Source: the human T2T-CHM13v2.0 reference genome, Homo sapiens
Reading direction: 5' to 3'
DNA length: 64,000 nt
NCBI GenBank assembly: GCA_009914755.4
Contig: CP086569.2
Location: 5,472,001 to 5,536,000 of the forward strand
Position numbers and translations under genes: made by a program
Part shown: positions 1 to 15,500 of the stretch, piece after piece
Layout: each line of letters begins with the position of its first letter
Position numbering within the stretch: position 1 is the stretch's first letter
The notes under the pieces: generated by a model
What the model was told of the DNA's origin: nothing
Seen by the model: only the letters and a program-made list of their open reading frames with translations
Database searches by the model: none

Positions 1-1267
1 AGTCTGTATTTTTTAATTTTTAAAAAAATTTTGTAGGTACATAGTATGTGTATATATTCATGGGGTACATGATGTGTTTTGATACAGGCATGCAATGTGA
101 AATAAGCACGTCATGGAGAATGGGGTATGCATCCCCTCAAGCATTTATTCTTTCAGTTACAAAGAGTCCAATTATATTAAGTTATTTAAAAATATACAAT
201 TAAGTTATTTTTGACTATAGTTACCTTGTCCTACAAAATACTAGGTCTTATTAATTCTTTCTACTTTTTTGTACTAATTAACCTCCCTCCTAACTCCCAA
301 CTCTCCACTACCCTTCCCAGCCTCTGGTAAGCATTCTTATAATATCTCTGTGTACAAATTCAATTGTTTTCATTTTTAGATCCCACAAGTAAGTGAGAAC
401 ATGTGATGTTTGTCTTTCTGTTCCTGGCTTATTTCACTTAACATAATGATCTCCCATTTCATCTACCTTGTTGCAAATGACTTAATCTTATTCCTTTTTG
501 TGGATAAATATACTCTGTTGTGTATATGTACCACAATTTCTTCATCGATTCATCTGTTGATGGACACTTAGTTTGCTTTCAAGTCTTAGCTATTGTGAAT
601 AGTACTGAAACAAACATAGAAGGGCAAATATCTCTTTTATACACTGATTTGCTATTTTCGCTTACATACCAAGCAGTAAGATGACTGGATCATATATTAG
701 CTCAATTTTTAGTTTACTGAGAAACCTCTACACTGTTATCCATAGTGGTTGTACTAATTTACATTCCCATCAACAGTTTATAAAGACTCTCTTATCTCTA
801 CATCCTCATCAGCATTTGTTATTGCCTGTATTTTTTATGTAATTCATTTTAACTGAGGTGAGATGTTATCTCAGTAGAGTTTTGATTTGCAATTATCTGA
901 TAATCAATGATGTTGAGCACCTTCTCATGTGCCTGCTTGTGATTTGTATGTCTTCTTTCATGAAATTTCTAGTCAAATCTTTTGCCCATTTTTTTTATCA
1001 GATTATTAGAGTATTTAATATAGAGTTGTTTGAGCTCCTCATATATTCTGGTTCGTAATCTGTTGTCAAATGGGTAGTGTACAAATATTTTCTCACATTC
1101 TATGGGTTGTCTCTTTACTTTCTTGATTGTATCACTTACGTGCAGAAGCTTTCTAACTTGTTGTGATGCCATTTGTCTATTTTTCCTTTGGCTATCTGTG
1201 CTTATAGAGTATTACTGAAGAAATTTTTGCCCTAAACAATGTCCTGGAAAATTTTCCTGGTAGTTTT

Positions 1268-1811
<544 letters not shown>

Positions 1812-1898
1812 TCCTGATAGTTTTCTTGTAGCAGTTATGTAGTTTGAGATCATAGATTTAAGTCTTTAATTCATTTTGGTTTGATTTTGTATATGGTG

Positions 1899-2277
1899 TG
1901 TATTATTCCATTCTCATACTGCTATGAAGAACTACCTGGGACTGGGTAATTTATAAAGGGAAGAGGTTTAATTGACTCAGTTCCGCATGGCCAGGGAGGC
2001 CTCAGGAAACTTACAATCATGGTAGAAGGCAAAGGAGAAGCAGGCACCTTCTTTACAGGGTGGCAGGATGGAGTGAGTACAAGCAAGGGAAATGCCAGAT
2101 GCTTATAAAACCATCAGACATGGTGAAACTCTCTATGATGAGAACAGCATGGGGGATAATGCCTCCATGATCTGATTACCTCCACCTGATCCTGCCCTTC
2201 ACACTTGGTGATTACACAGATTATGGGGATTAAATTTAAGGTGAGATTTTGGGTGAGGACATAACCAAACCACATCA
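1899..2277 (-). mobile_element. MaLR solo LTR, THE1/MST-type (ERVL-MaLR), nested in L1
   Basis: Reverse complement matches the THE1 LTR consensus ends (TGATATGGTTTGG...CATCTCA... at one end, ...CAGTCTC.GGTAATTTATAAAG..TGAGAATGGAATAATACA at the other). About 379 bp. Confidence 0.8.
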
Positions 2278-5200
2278 TTGTGAGAGATAGTTAACCAGTT
2301 TTATTATTCTGTATAAGGATATCTAGTTTTCCCAGCATCATTTATTGAAGGACTGTCTTTCCCTCAGCATATGTTCTTGGTATCACTGTCAAAAATGGTT
2401 TTACTGTAGGTGTGTGGATTTGTGTCTGTTTCATTGGTTTAAGTGTCTGGTCTGAGTTCCAGCACCATACTATTTTAGTTACTATAGTTCTGTATTATAA
2501 TTTGACATCAGATAATGTGATTATTCCATTTTTGTTCATTTTCTTCAGCATACCTTTGGCTATCCTGGGTCTTTTGTGGCTTCATATACATTTTAGAATT
2601 AGTTTTTGCTAGTTCTGTGAAAAATGAATTTGTATTTTGATACAGGCTCTATTGCATCTGCAGATAGCTTTGGTAGTGCGTACATTTTAACAATGTTGAT
2701 TCTTCCAATCCATGAACATGGAATAATTTTCCATTTTATGGTGTCCTCCTTAATTTTTTATCAGTGTTTTATAGTTTTTGATATAGGAATCTTTCACTTC
2801 TTTGGTTAATTTCTAGGTATTTATGTGTGGCTGTTGTAAATGGGATTTCTTGTTTTGTTATTTTTTTTCACATTGTTAACTACTGGCATATAGAAATGTT
2901 ATTCATTTTTTCTACATTGATTTTGTATCCTGTAACTTTACTGAATTTGTTTATCACTTCTAATAATAGTTTCCTTGTGGAGTCTTTAGATTTTTCCAAA
3001 TACAAGATCATATAATCTGCAAATAAGGGCATTTTGACCCTTTCCTTTCAATTTGAATGCCCTTTATATCTTTCTCTTGTCTGATTGCTCTAGCTGGGAC
3101 TTTCAGTACTATCTTAAATAACAATGGTGGCAGTGTACGTCCCTGTTGTGCTCCAGATCTTAGAGAAAACCCTTTCAGTTTTTACGCGTTCAGTTTTTAC
3201 GCATTCAGTATTATATTAGCCATGGCACTGTCATAATGGATTTTATTATGCTGAGGTATATTCCTTAAATTTCCACCATTTGAAGGTTTTTATTATGAAG
3301 ATATGTTGAATTTTATCAAATGCTTTTTCCACATCAATTGAAATAATCATATAATTTTTTCCTTTATTCTGTTGATATGATGCATCATATTGGTTGATTT
3401 GTATATGTTTAAACATCTTTGCATCCCAGGGATAAATCCCACCTGGTCATGATGAATAAACTTTCTTAGGTATTATTGAATTCAGTTTGCTAGTATTTCA
3501 TTAAGAAATTTTGCAACAATATTCATCAGAAATATTGCCCAGTGCTTTTCTTTAATTAAGGTGTCTTTTTATAGTTTGGGTATCAGGGTAATACTGGCCT
3601 CATAGAATAAGTTTGGTCTTGCCCTCTATTTTTTAAAATAGTTTGAACAGAATTGATATGAGTTTTTCTTTATATTTTTGTTAGAATTCAGTAGTGAAAC
3701 CATCAGGCCTTGGGCTTTTCTTTACTGTGAGACATTTCATTATGTATTTGATCTCATTATTTGTTAATGGACTGTTCAGGTTTTGGATTTCTTTCTGGTT
3801 AAATCTTGGTAAGTTGCATGTATCTAGCAATTTGTCCCTTTCTTTGAGATTTTCCAATTGTTTCCAATTTGTTTTAAGAATTCTTTTAACTTTCTTTTTT
3901 CATTGAACTGCTGGTCACTTAGGAGCATATTGTTTAAATTTCATGTATTGGCATAGTTTCAAAAATTTCTCGTTATAAATTTCTAGTTTTATTCCATTGT
4001 TGCCAGAGAAGATGCTTGATATTATTTCAAATATTTGAATATTTTAAGACTTGCTTTGTGACCTAACATATTGTTTATCCTTGAGAGTCATCCATGTGTT
4101 GAAGAAAAGCATGTGTATTCTGCAGCTGTTATGTAAAATGCCGTGTAAACATCTATTATATCCATTTGTTCTATAGTACAGATTAATTCTGATTTTTTTT
4201 ATTGATTTTCTGTCTAGAAGATCTGTCCGGTGCTGAAAGTGGGGGTGTCAAAGTCTCCAGCTATTATTGTACTGGAGCCGATCTCTTTCTTTAGCTCTAA
4301 TAATATTTTCTGTGTACCAGGGTGTTCCCGTGTTGGGTGACTACATATTTAAAATTGTTATATCCTCTTACCAAATTGACCCCTTTATCATTATATAGTG
4401 ACCTACTTTGTCTATTCTTATAGTTTTTGTCTTGATATCTATTTTTTTTCTAATATAAGTATAGCAACTCCTGCTTTTTTGGGGTTTGCATTGGCATGGA
4501 ATACAGTTTTCCATTTTTTAATTTTCAGATTATGTGTGTCTATATAGGTGAAATGTACTCCATTTACACAACAGATAAATGGATCTTGTTTCTTCATCCA
4601 TTTAGCCAGTCTATATCTTTTGATTAGAGTGTTTAGTCCATTTACATTAAATGTTATTATTGATAAGTAAAGACTTACTCCTGCCATTTTGTTATGTATT
4701 TTCTGGTTGTTTTGTGGTCTATCTTTTCTCCTTTTATTCTTTCCTGTCTTTCTCTAGTGAAGATGATTTCCTCTGATGATATAATTTAGTTTCTTGTTTT
4801 TTATTATTTATGTATTCATTGTATGTTTTTTGGTTTGAGGTTACCATGAAACTTGCAAATACTGTCTTATAGCCCATTATTTTAACCTAAAAACAGCTTA
4901 ATATTTGCATAGAGAAACAAAAAACAAGCAAAACAATAACTAATAAAAACTTGCCTTAACTTTTTCCTTCACTTTTAAATTTTTGTATTTTCTATTTATA
5001 TTTTATTGTACTATGTCTTGAAAAGTTGTTTTAGGTATTTTTGTTTGGTTCTTTATTTAGTCTTTCTACATATAATAAGAGTAGTTTACACACCACAGTT
5101 ACAGTAGTTACAGTTTTACAATATTATATGTTTTTCTATGTAGTTGATACTACCAGTAACTTTTGTGCCATCAGATGATTATTTATTGCTCATTAATGTT

Positions 5201-6429
5201 TTTTATTCATTTAGTTGAAGTACTCTTCTGAGTATTTCTTGTAATATGGGTCTTGTATTGATTAAATTCTTCATCTTGTATTTGTCTGCGAAAATTATTA
5301 TTTCTTTTTCATGTTTGAAGTTTACTTCACCAGATATACTATTCTAGGGGATACGTTTTTTTCCTTCAGCATTTTAAATATGTCATGCCATTCTTTCCTG
5401 GCCTGTAAGGTTTCTACTGTAAAGCATACTTCCAGATGTATTGGAGCTCCATTGTATGTTATTTGTTGCTTTTCTCTGGCTGCTTTAAGACCCTTTTTTT
5501 CCTTGACCTTTAGGAGTTAGAGTATTAAAAGCTTTGAGATTAGTCTTCTTTGGGTTATATCTGCTTGGGGTTGTATAACCTTCTTGTACTTGGATATTGA
5601 TATATTTCTCTACATTTGAGATGTTGTATTTTATTATCACTTTGAATAAACTTTCTATCCCTATCCTTTTTCTACCTCCTCTTTAAGTCCAGTAGCTCTT
5701 ATATTTACCCTTTTGAGGCTATTTTCTAGATCCTGTCGGTGTGCTTCATTGTTTCTTCATTTTTCTTTTTTCTCCTCTGAATGTGTATTTTCAAATAGCT
5801 TGTCTTCAAAGTCACTAATTTTTTCTTCTTCTTGATCAATTCTGCTATTAAAGACTCTGATGCACTCTTCATTATGTCAATTGCATTATTTAACTTCTCC
5901 AGAATTTATGCCTGATTCTTTGCAATTATTTTAGTCAGCTTTTTAAATTTATCTGATAGAATTCTGCATTTCTGCCCTCCGTTATGTTGAATTACTTTGA
6001 GTACTTTGTGTTCCCTCAAAACAGCTATTTTGAATTCTCTGTCTGAAAGGTCACATATTTCTATTTTCCCCAAATTCATTTCTGGTGCCTTATTTAGCTT
6101 ATTCTGTGAGATCATATAGTCCTGAATAATCTGGATGCTTGTGGATGTTTATCTGTGTCTGGCTATTTAAGAGATAGGTATTTATTTTCATCTTCACACT
6201 CTGTGCTTAGTTGTACCCAACATTCTTGGGAAAGCTCTCAACATATTCAAAAATACTTGATTGTTGTAATCTTAGCTGCATGTGCATTAGGGGGAAACCC
6301 AAATCCAGTAAAGCTGTGGTTCTTGCAGACTTATTGAAGTACCACCTGAAGGTCTTAGATGAAATTCTTAAGAATTATCTGGATTATGAGGCAGAGACTC
6401 TTGTTCTCTTCCCTTATATTCTCCCAAAT

Positions 6430-6465
6430 AAATGAAGTCTCTCTCTCTCTCTCTGTCTCTCCATT
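6430..6465. repeat. (CT)n dinucleotide microsatellite within the L1 5'UTR
   Basis: ctctctctctctctctgtctctcc. Confidence 0.8.
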
Positions 6466-8214
6466 CTGAGCTACCTGGATCTGGTGGTAGGGTGTTACAA
6501 GCACCCCTATGAGCACCACAACTGAGACTGTGCTGGGTTAGACCCAAAGCCAACACAGCACTGGGTCTTGCCCAAGGCCTGCTATAACCATGACCTGGCT
6601 ACGGCCTATGTTCACTCAAGGCTCTACAATCAGCAGCTGGTGAAGCCACCAGACTTGTATTCTTATCTTCAGGGCAGTGAATTTCCCAATGCCATGGTGG
6701 TTCCAGAGATGACATCTGGAAACCAGGGACTATAGTTAAAAAAAAAACAAAAACAAAAAAACAAAAAAAAAACCTTAGAAATCTACATGGTGTTGTGTTG
6801 CAGAGTGGCTGAGTTGGCACTCAAACCATGAGATACAGTTCTTTTCTCTCTTCCCTCCCCTTTCCACAGGCAGAGGAGCCTCACCCCATATCTATTCCCA
6901 CCATAGGCCTATGGGGATTACTGCCAGGATACCACCAATATTCGCTTTAAGCCCAAGGGCTCTTCAGCAAGATTGAGGTAAATGTTGCCTGGCCTATGAC
7001 TCACCTTTCAGGGAAGTGGGCTCCTCTCTGGCCCAGAGCAGGCTTTGTGATGCCATCCAAGAGGCAAGTCCTGAAATCAGGGATCCAAAGGCCTCACTTG
7101 TGTGCTATCCCTTTGTGGCCTAGCTGAAATCTAAGGTGTGAGACAAAATTTTCTTTACTTTCCCCTATGTTTTTTTTAAGCAGATGAAGTCTCTTCCAAT
7201 AGCCACTATAGCTGGGAATGTGCTGTAGCAGAAGCAAGGAATCACCAAAAGTAAAAGTCTCAAAGTCTTACCCAAGGACCATGGCATGTACCACCTGGGT
7301 ATCACTGCTTGTTATTCAGTGCCCATTAACTCTTTAGTCAGCAGGTGATGGGCCTTTCCCTTCAAGGCAGTGGGTTTCCTTTTGGCCCAGGGTGTGTGTA
7401 GAAATGTTGTCTAGGATCTGTCACCTGAAAATGGGGCCTCACAACACTGACCGGTTCCCTATTTTACTGTTGCTTAGCTGGTATTCAAGAGGCAAGAAAA
7501 AGTCCTCTTACCCTTCTCTCTCCTCAAGCAAAATAAAGGGGTTTCTTTTGAGGTCATGAGCTGCACTTCATGAGTTGGGCATGGATGACACAACTGCTCT
7601 GTTAGCAACCCCAGCTGGTATCTCAGTAGGTCACTTGCTCCCCAAATCTACTGGCTCTGAGCCTAGTTCAGCACTAGGACTCACCTAGGACTTGCAGTCC
7701 TTATGGCCTAGACTGTCCTTCAAATTCACATAGGGCCCCAGAGCAGCTTAGCTCGAGGTGGTGAGGCTTGTCAAATTTCAAGTGTCAATTACTTCAAATG
7801 GAAAATTACTCTCAGAGTAGGGTTGGTTTAAGTATTCCAGCCATGTTTTGGCATCAGCTGAGTTCAGGTGGGTTTTGCTTTCTGCTCTGACAAGGCAGCA
7901 CTGAGTTCAAAGCAGTGTCTCACAATTGCTGCACTCTCACTCTCCCAAGCACAGAGATTCTGTCTCTGCACCATGCAGCTGTTGTTGCAGGATGGGACGG
8001 TGGTGACATTTGTGATTCAGCACTTCTTTTCTAACCTTCTCAGTGCCTCTTTTAGTGATATGAAGTTAAAACCAGGTACTTTATGTGCTCACCTGTTTTG
8101 TGGTTCTTATGAAGGTGCTTCTTTTTGTGTGTAGATAGTTGTTAAATTTGCGTCCTTGTTGGAGGGATGATCAGTGGAGCCTTCTATTTGGCCATGTTGC
8201 TCTGCCTTTCTCCA

Positions 8215-8290
8215 AACCTTTCTTCTTTATAAATTACTCAAGCCTCAGGTGTTTCTTTATGGCAATACTATGCAGACTAAGACAAAATAA
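8215..8290 (+). mobile_element. MaLR LTR 3'-end fragment abutting the L1 5' terminus
   Basis: ctttcttctttataaattactcaagcctcaggtgtttctttatggcaatactatgcagactaa resembles the MaLR LTR terminus (CTCTTTTCTTTATAAATTACCCAGTCTC.GGTATTTCTTTATAGCAGTGTGAGAACGGACTAATACA). Confidence 0.45.
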
Positions 8291-11286
8291 TCCACATTTA
8301 TTACACTATTTAATTTCTTTTCTGTTTACTTTACTAAAATTATTACAGGTGTTTTTTTTAATGGTTTTACCCTTTTATATACCCTTCAGCAAATTTCTCT
8401 AGTATTTTATTGAATGCAAGATTGATCCCTAAGAGTATGTGATTTTTTTATACCTCTTTCTTCTTATATTGCATCTCACAACTGCTCAAATCAGTAATCC
8501 TTCTGACAAACTTTGCCGTAAAATGTATGTATTCTCAATCGCAACAATAAAACATAGCTTTGGAAAGTATTTGGCAACACACTGAGAAGGGTTTTCACAA
8601 ACATGACTAGTTAAGAGTCTATGTCTTATGGAATTCAACATAGTCTTTTCATTGTAGAGGTCCTGTGTTTACCGAGGTATCTAAGAGCACCAAATGTGCT
8701 ATTTTCCATTTTGTGTGCCTGGTCAGTCATAGAAGCATAACCATGTTAAAAAGATTAGAAACTTTGGAATGTCTCTGAGAGTACTTGAGGATAAACCATA
8801 AATAGAAGGCTTTTTACCTGGATACAGTTACCTAGATAATCCCAGGGAAAAGAGCTCATTCTAAATTCATAGAAAAAATGTAGTTTTATATAACTATGCT
8901 TGTCAGCACACTAATTTCTCTTGTCAAATTCAGCAAGATTGCCCCTTATAGCAGCTGTAGCTACCTGGCATTAGTATGCCTATGATTTGGAAAATTATTT
9001 TCCCTGAATATTTTTCCTGGCTTACTCAAATGAAAGACTTGTGAGTGAAGTAACAAATTATTAATGCTACATGCCATAAAGTAAAACATATTCTTTTTCA
9101 GATCTCGATTTATTAATCAAGAATAAATGAATGCATCTGAATTATTTTTAAAAACCTAAAATTATACAGATTGTACTCAAATTGAGTATTTTCAATATTC
9201 TATTCAAAATATAATGAAAGGCATCACTCTTCACATTAACCTATACATTTATGAGGAAGCAGTCAGGTTCTCATATGAAATATTTAACATTGTATCTTGT
9301 ATGAATTAAAATGAAAAGTATGTCTTATATATTAGAAATTTTGCATCAAGTTCAGACTGGAGAGTCAGCTGCTTTGGCCTTATAAGATAGACCTCAAGGG
9401 GTCAGATTCCAAAGCTTGTCATTCTCTACTACCTCAGCCAAGCTTCAGTCAGTGTTGCTATAACTATGTGATAGCGTTCCATATTAAGCACTATTTATTA
9501 CCTCTTGTTGATTCTCAATGACTGCTTGAAAACTGGCCTTCTTTAAGTGTTACACATAAAAAATTGAGATTTTGATTTAATCTATAATGCTTATGAGAGC
9601 GTACCAGGCTTGTGCCATGCTAAATTAGGCTGTAAAAATCTAGGGTTAGAGGTAACCCACTTTTATAATATCCAGTATTTATTTTGCTCTAGACCCTCAG
9701 TCTATAAAAATGTATATTCCAAATGCATTTTAATTGAGTTTGTACTGTTATTGGTTAATTACTTAATTTGTTTTAGTTTCAAAATTAGTTGAATCCCACT
9801 ATACCAAAGATAAAGACAAAATTGGGATTATAAACTTCTTGTTTTATAGTAAAATAATGGGTTGCTGTGGAGATTAAATTATTTGGGGCATGCAAATCAT
9901 AGTGCTTTACAAACAGTAATGGTGGCTGGTGCACTTCTAAATATAATTCGCTCGTCTACATTTATACAAAACTGTTCTGCCTTGCTTTAAAAGTTCTACC
10001 ATAGGTGCCTTAAAATACATGCTTATACTGTTTCTTCCAGGATAGAAAACCCATTTCGGTAAGGGTTCTATGTCTGTTGTCTTACTTTTTTTTTTTCCAA
10101 ATTTGTAAACAATTCTTTCTTTCACAACCAGTTCTGAAACCCACAAAAGTCTTACAATGTCATTCAAGATGAGAAAATATCTTGGAATGGACAGGCTCAC
10201 TTCTATACTTGAAGAAGTTGTTGGAGTACCTGTAGGCAGAGTCTTCCACTACTCTGACTGATAGACAAGTTTGCACTCCATCATGTATGTTCTAAGTACT
10301 CAGCCTCTCTAGAGGTTTTCAATCCCAATTATTACTTTTTCTACTAGATAAGAGAGTTTTTGAGAGAGACACTGGGTTGACGACAGGGAATTGATTGAAA
10401 GTATGAATATTAATGAGTAAATTTCCCATTCAATCAATCTATCCTAAAAAGTAAGTACTGCCTCCACATCTGGAAGTGCTAGCTTCCAAATATAATACAT
10501 TGTTCCAGTTAAAGAAAACTGAGCTATCTTAGAGTGAAATTTTCTGAGTTCTTGCATTTAAACATTCATCAACATAATGACCAAATCTCTAATCAAAGGT
10601 CTCCCTAAGCTTACATGTAAGCAAGCTCGATTGACTTATACAGAGCTTCTTAACAGTTTTTAGTTCCTCATTCTTAACTGTGAACATATATTCTGACTTT
10701 TGAGAAAAATTGGAATACAAAATGTCAATAAAACAACAACAATAATAAGAATCATTGATGGAAATTTTCTGGAGATGTCAATAGGATTCTCACTGAACAG
10801 TTATCAGAGTACTGATCAGTTCATGCTTGGGAGGAAACTACTCAAGGCAAAAGAACTTCCCAATAATATGAATAAAACAATTTATCCAACCCAAAGAAAG
10901 TAACAGATATTTGATTTTTTGTCTAAAAACAAACAATAACTTGAAAAATATATGAAAATAACACTTTTCAAAACGTTGGAGTTCAGGCAATGCATGACAA
11001 TAATTCCCCAGGTTACCACCTTCTGAGAGTTTCCCAGATGCAGCTCAGAGACAGGGAAGCCAGGGGAAGCCCAGCAGACTCTCACAGTTGAGGAGATATG
11101 CCTGTAAGTCCAGAGAGAGCAAGGTGGCTACAGCTTACAAGGTAGAGTAACTTAGAGGAAAGGCCTACACAGAGAAAACACTTAGAAAATCACAATAGGA
11201 TCATCACTGAGTATTCATCAGAGTACTGTGAAGTTGATGCGTGGGAGAAAACTACTCAAGACAAAAGAACTGCTCAAAGGAATTAG

Positions 11287-11726
<440 letters not shown>

Positions 11727-11749
11727 TAGAGATAATAAACCTTGCATAA

Positions 11750-12450
11750 AATGTTGTTTAGGTCCCACCTAACAAACCTTAAAAAGCATGGATAAAGCTG
11801 TTTACGAAATAAAACTGCATCCCAGAATAAAGCTTGAGAAGAATTATAGAATAGAAAAATCAACACCACATCAAGCAAGTGGAAGGATTGAATATTATGT
11901 AGAGACAAGAAAAATATTCAAAAAGACAAATCAAATCTGAAAAATTAAAGAATACAATGTCTCAGATGATATTCTGGATGAATGGCAGATTAGACATTAC
12001 AGAAGAAAAGATAATTGAACTTAAAGTCTTATCAGCAACTATCATAAATGAAACTGGAAAAAAAGGAATAAAAAATGTGAACTGGGAGAAAACTTTAACC
12101 TAGGAAACATGTTAAGTGGACCCCCAAAGTTGGAGAGTGGGGACAGAGAAAACATTTGAAGAAAAATATTTGAAATATGGTCATGACAAGCCATATGTTT
12201 CTGTCAAGAACTGTAAAGGGTCTGAAATTTTACTCAAACTTGTTAGGTGAGCACAATTTTGGGCCAGCTGAATGGGAAGAAGACTTGAGACTCCTAGATC
12301 AGCAACCAAGAACAGTTTATTATTCACAACAACAATAGTAGTTAGAGTGTCACCATTTTTTGCACTGCTTTCTTGAGCCCCAGTTCTCACAGGGTGATGC
12401 AATAGAAAGCCAGTTAATATCTCCTCTTACAGGAGAGAAATCTTGAGTTT
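11750..12450 (+). mobile_element. Possible ancient L1 (L1M-type) ORF1-region fragment
   Basis: A/G-rich sequence with L1 ORF1-like phrases (gaaaaattaaagaatacaatgtctcagatgatattctggatgaatggcagattagacattacagaagaaaagataattgaacttaaag). Judged by eye only. Confidence 0.3.
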
Positions 12451-12579
12451 ATGAAACTAACACCTTTTATAATGGGTTCTCTATATGTCTTCCTTTTGCT
12501 CCGGAGGGAAACAGTCTCAATCTTTCAAGGCTGTTCTCTACACACATCCTTGAAATGTTAGTTTGGAAAAAGGGACACT

Positions 12580-12655
12580 TAGTACCTCATTCACAAGACA
12601 TGCAGAAACTCAAAAGGTAGTACCTCATTCACAAGACATGCAGAAACTCAAAAGA
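12580..12655. repeat. Perfect-to-near-perfect 38-bp tandem duplication (2 units)
   Basis: tagtacctcattcacaagacatgcagaaactcaaaag appears twice back to back, with one base difference at the unit ends. Confidence 0.9.
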
Positions 12656-13131
12656 TCTACTGAAAATTATCTCCCAAAATTACTATCTAAATTTAATAAA
12701 ATTTGAAAAGTCAGTTCCTTAGGTGCATGAGTCACCTTTTAAGAGTTCAATAGTCACATATGGCTAGAAACTGTCCTATTGACAGTGAAGATATGGAACA
12801 TTTCCATTACTGAAGAAAATACTATCATATAGAATGGTTGTACATCATATAATAGCAATAATAAGGTGTAATAATAATAGTAGCCCTATAAATTATGGGT
12901 TATTATCTGCACTTTACAGATGAAGAAACTATGCCTTAAGAAAGTAAAGCAACTTACTAAGTTAATATGTCTAGCAGGTGTCAGAGTTTGGACTGCATTA
13001 AACTAATTTCTTATACTGCTTTCTATAATGCCTGTGGCAGATTGTATGTTCAAGTAATGACTGCAACAATATTTATGATCCCACATGCTCTTCTAGATCC
13101 TTGCTACTATCCTGTCAAGAAGTGGAGCCTA

Positions 13132-13352
13132 GGGCTGGGCGAGGTGGCTCACACCTCTAATCCCAGCACTTTGAGAGGTTGAGGCGGGTGGATCACGAGG
13201 TCAGGAGTTCGAGGCCAGCCTGCCCAGCATAGTGAAACCCTGTCTCTACTAAAAATACAAAAACTTAGCTGGTGGTGTGTACTTGTAATTCCAGCTACTC
13301 AGGAGGCTGAGGCAGGAGAATCACTTGAACCCAGGAGGCAGAGGTTGCAGTG
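13132..13352 (+). mobile_element. Alu SINE, plus orientation, 3'-truncated (no right-arm end or A-tail)
   Basis: GGGCTGGGCGAGGTGGCTCACACCTCTAATCCCAGCACTTTGAGAGGTTGAGGCGGGTGGATCACGAGGTCAGGAGTTCGAGGCCAGCCTG... stops at ...GAGGTTGCAGTG. Confidence 0.93.
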
Positions 13353-14989
13353 TCCTTGAACTTGGGTGGGCCTTTGTTACTGCCCCTATGGAAGTGATAT
13401 TACATACAGTGTAAATGATGATATGTAAGGTTAACTGTATCCTTGAAAAGATGTCATATCTTTAACAAGATGATAGAGCTTCTACATGGCTCCTTTTTGG
13501 GACAATAGCTCCTGGAAGTCACTTGCCAGGCTATGAGGAATCCCAGGTCACATATTTATATCTTTTAGCTGAGGCCATTATTGAGTTCCCAGGCAGCAGC
13601 CAGAATTAACTCATACACATGAATTACGAAGGCTTCTAAATGTCTCCAGCCCCAGTCACCTTTGGATTTTAGCCCGGGAGATCCACAAAAATAATTATCG
13701 ACCTGATCTAATCCTAACTTATATTTCAAATCACAAATAGTAATAATAAAAATAAGTTTGTTTCATGTTATTATGCTTGGGATGATTCCTTATGCAGCAA
13801 TAAATCATTGAAACAATGTATCTTCAAACCAATTATTTAAAAACCTTTTTTTCAGCCAATGAATCAATATTTGTTTGCTTTATTCACTGGTGCATTCAAC
13901 AAATGAATATATACGTGGGTAATTTCTTGTATAGCCTGTGTCACATTTTGTAGAACTAGAATTAAAAAGAAAAAGTCAATTTATGGCTTATATGAAAAAA
14001 TATACATATTTAAAAAAGAAATTTTATCTAAGCAAAATTGTTTCTCAAGTAGCTCTGTACATTTTTTATGTATTGTCATATTTGGGTTTCATACCCTAGA
14101 CTTCTGTCTTTCATTTATTTATTCTGGTTGATAGGTAAGTTGCCTTATTTGCATTATTTCTAAAGATGTGAAAAATTATTATGATTTTTAAATGTTAAAG
14201 TAAACATACCTCATACTTTTCACTAAAATGCAAAATATTGTAATAAAATAAATGACAAATTTTTCAAAGAAATGTGAAGCATAGTCAATAAAACATACAA
14301 CTTTATTAAATCTCTATGTTCTAGAATCAGTTTTTGCACTGACATATATTCATAAGACACCTAGAAAATACCTTGTTAATTTTCATAGATTTAAACATTT
14401 CACAGGTTTAATTTTAGTAAGCTGACAATTTTCTAGAGGATATTTTTATTTGCAAATACAAATTATTTACAGTTAAACTTTGAAATTGGATATTCTTTCC
14501 AACTTGATCAATTCTTAAAGAACTGAGAAAAGTCTCAAAATAAAATGGGTTAGAAATAGTTTATATGTTATTGCTTTAAAATCATTTCAAGTAGTTACAA
14601 TGCACTTTCACAGAAGCATCATTTTGCCTGAAGCATACAGGAGGGACACGGAATCAGGAACGAACAGAATGGAGGCCCCTGGAGCTATGTTTATAGATCC
14701 TTGCTCATTTATTGTGCAATTTATTCACTATAGCTTAAGGGACAAGCAAGCATTCATCACCCACTGCTCCCATCATTTTCAAGGCTGTTCAGTAGATAAC
14801 ACAAATGCTAAGCAAACAAGTCTTTTGATCCATTTCAATCTACTTCTGATTTTTCTTTTAGGTAACAAAAGTTTATTGATTTGACTCTATCTATGTGTTT
14901 CTATCTCTATGTCTACATCTAAAATTTTTCCATCTGTGTCTCTACTTACACATAAAATTGGAAAAAACACCACCCTTGGAGTATTCTCT

Positions 14990-15500
14990 GAACAGGGACA
15001 GAAAGTAAAATTGTTTGGTACAAAAGGGATTCCCATCTAAGAGTTTGATATGTGTGGAGTCTTAAATAGACAAAAGAGTTAGGCTGGTGAGAGATGGGAA
15101 AAACAAAACGAAAAAACAGATAAGCTCTAAGTACGCCTTTCTTCACGGTTCAGGTCATATAGACCTCTTGTGCAAACAACTGACAATCTTCCTGAGCCCA
15201 ACTATCATTAGACACCTACAAGTTAGGTCACCGCAACCTTAGCGTTTTTAGTACTGCACAAAGCCCTCTTCAGCAGACAGCATAAACACTATTTGATAAA
15301 ATTTCCACCGAGCCTTTGTTTCCCGGCAGTCAGTTTCTGTTGGCCTTCCCATTGCCTCCTTGCAAACTATTTTCCTAACAATTTTTCTAATAAATCTGCC
15401 TTTCTTTACCTACAACTGTCTTGGCAAATTCTTCTATCCCCATGCCACCGGCCCAGATAGTTGTCGTTCACCTGTAATATTTTGGTGGCCCATTAGGGGA
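14990..15500 (+). mobile_element. Putative class I ERV LTR (R-U5 region with AATAAA) followed by a diverged tRNA-Arg-like PBS candidate. Speculative
   Basis: ttttctaataaatctgcctttctttacc (AATAAA at about 15386), then about 65 nt downstream tggtggcccattaggggac, which is loosely similar to the ERV9/HERV-W tRNA-Arg PBS TGGCGACCACGAAGGGAC. No upstream U3 landmarks confirmed. Confidence 0.25.

Noticed and set aside
3175-3215. 16-bp tandem duplication cagtttttacgcgttcagtttttacgcattcag inside the L1
   Set aside because: It is real but trivial: a short slippage duplication within L1 ORF2 sequence. It is not reported as a separate feature.
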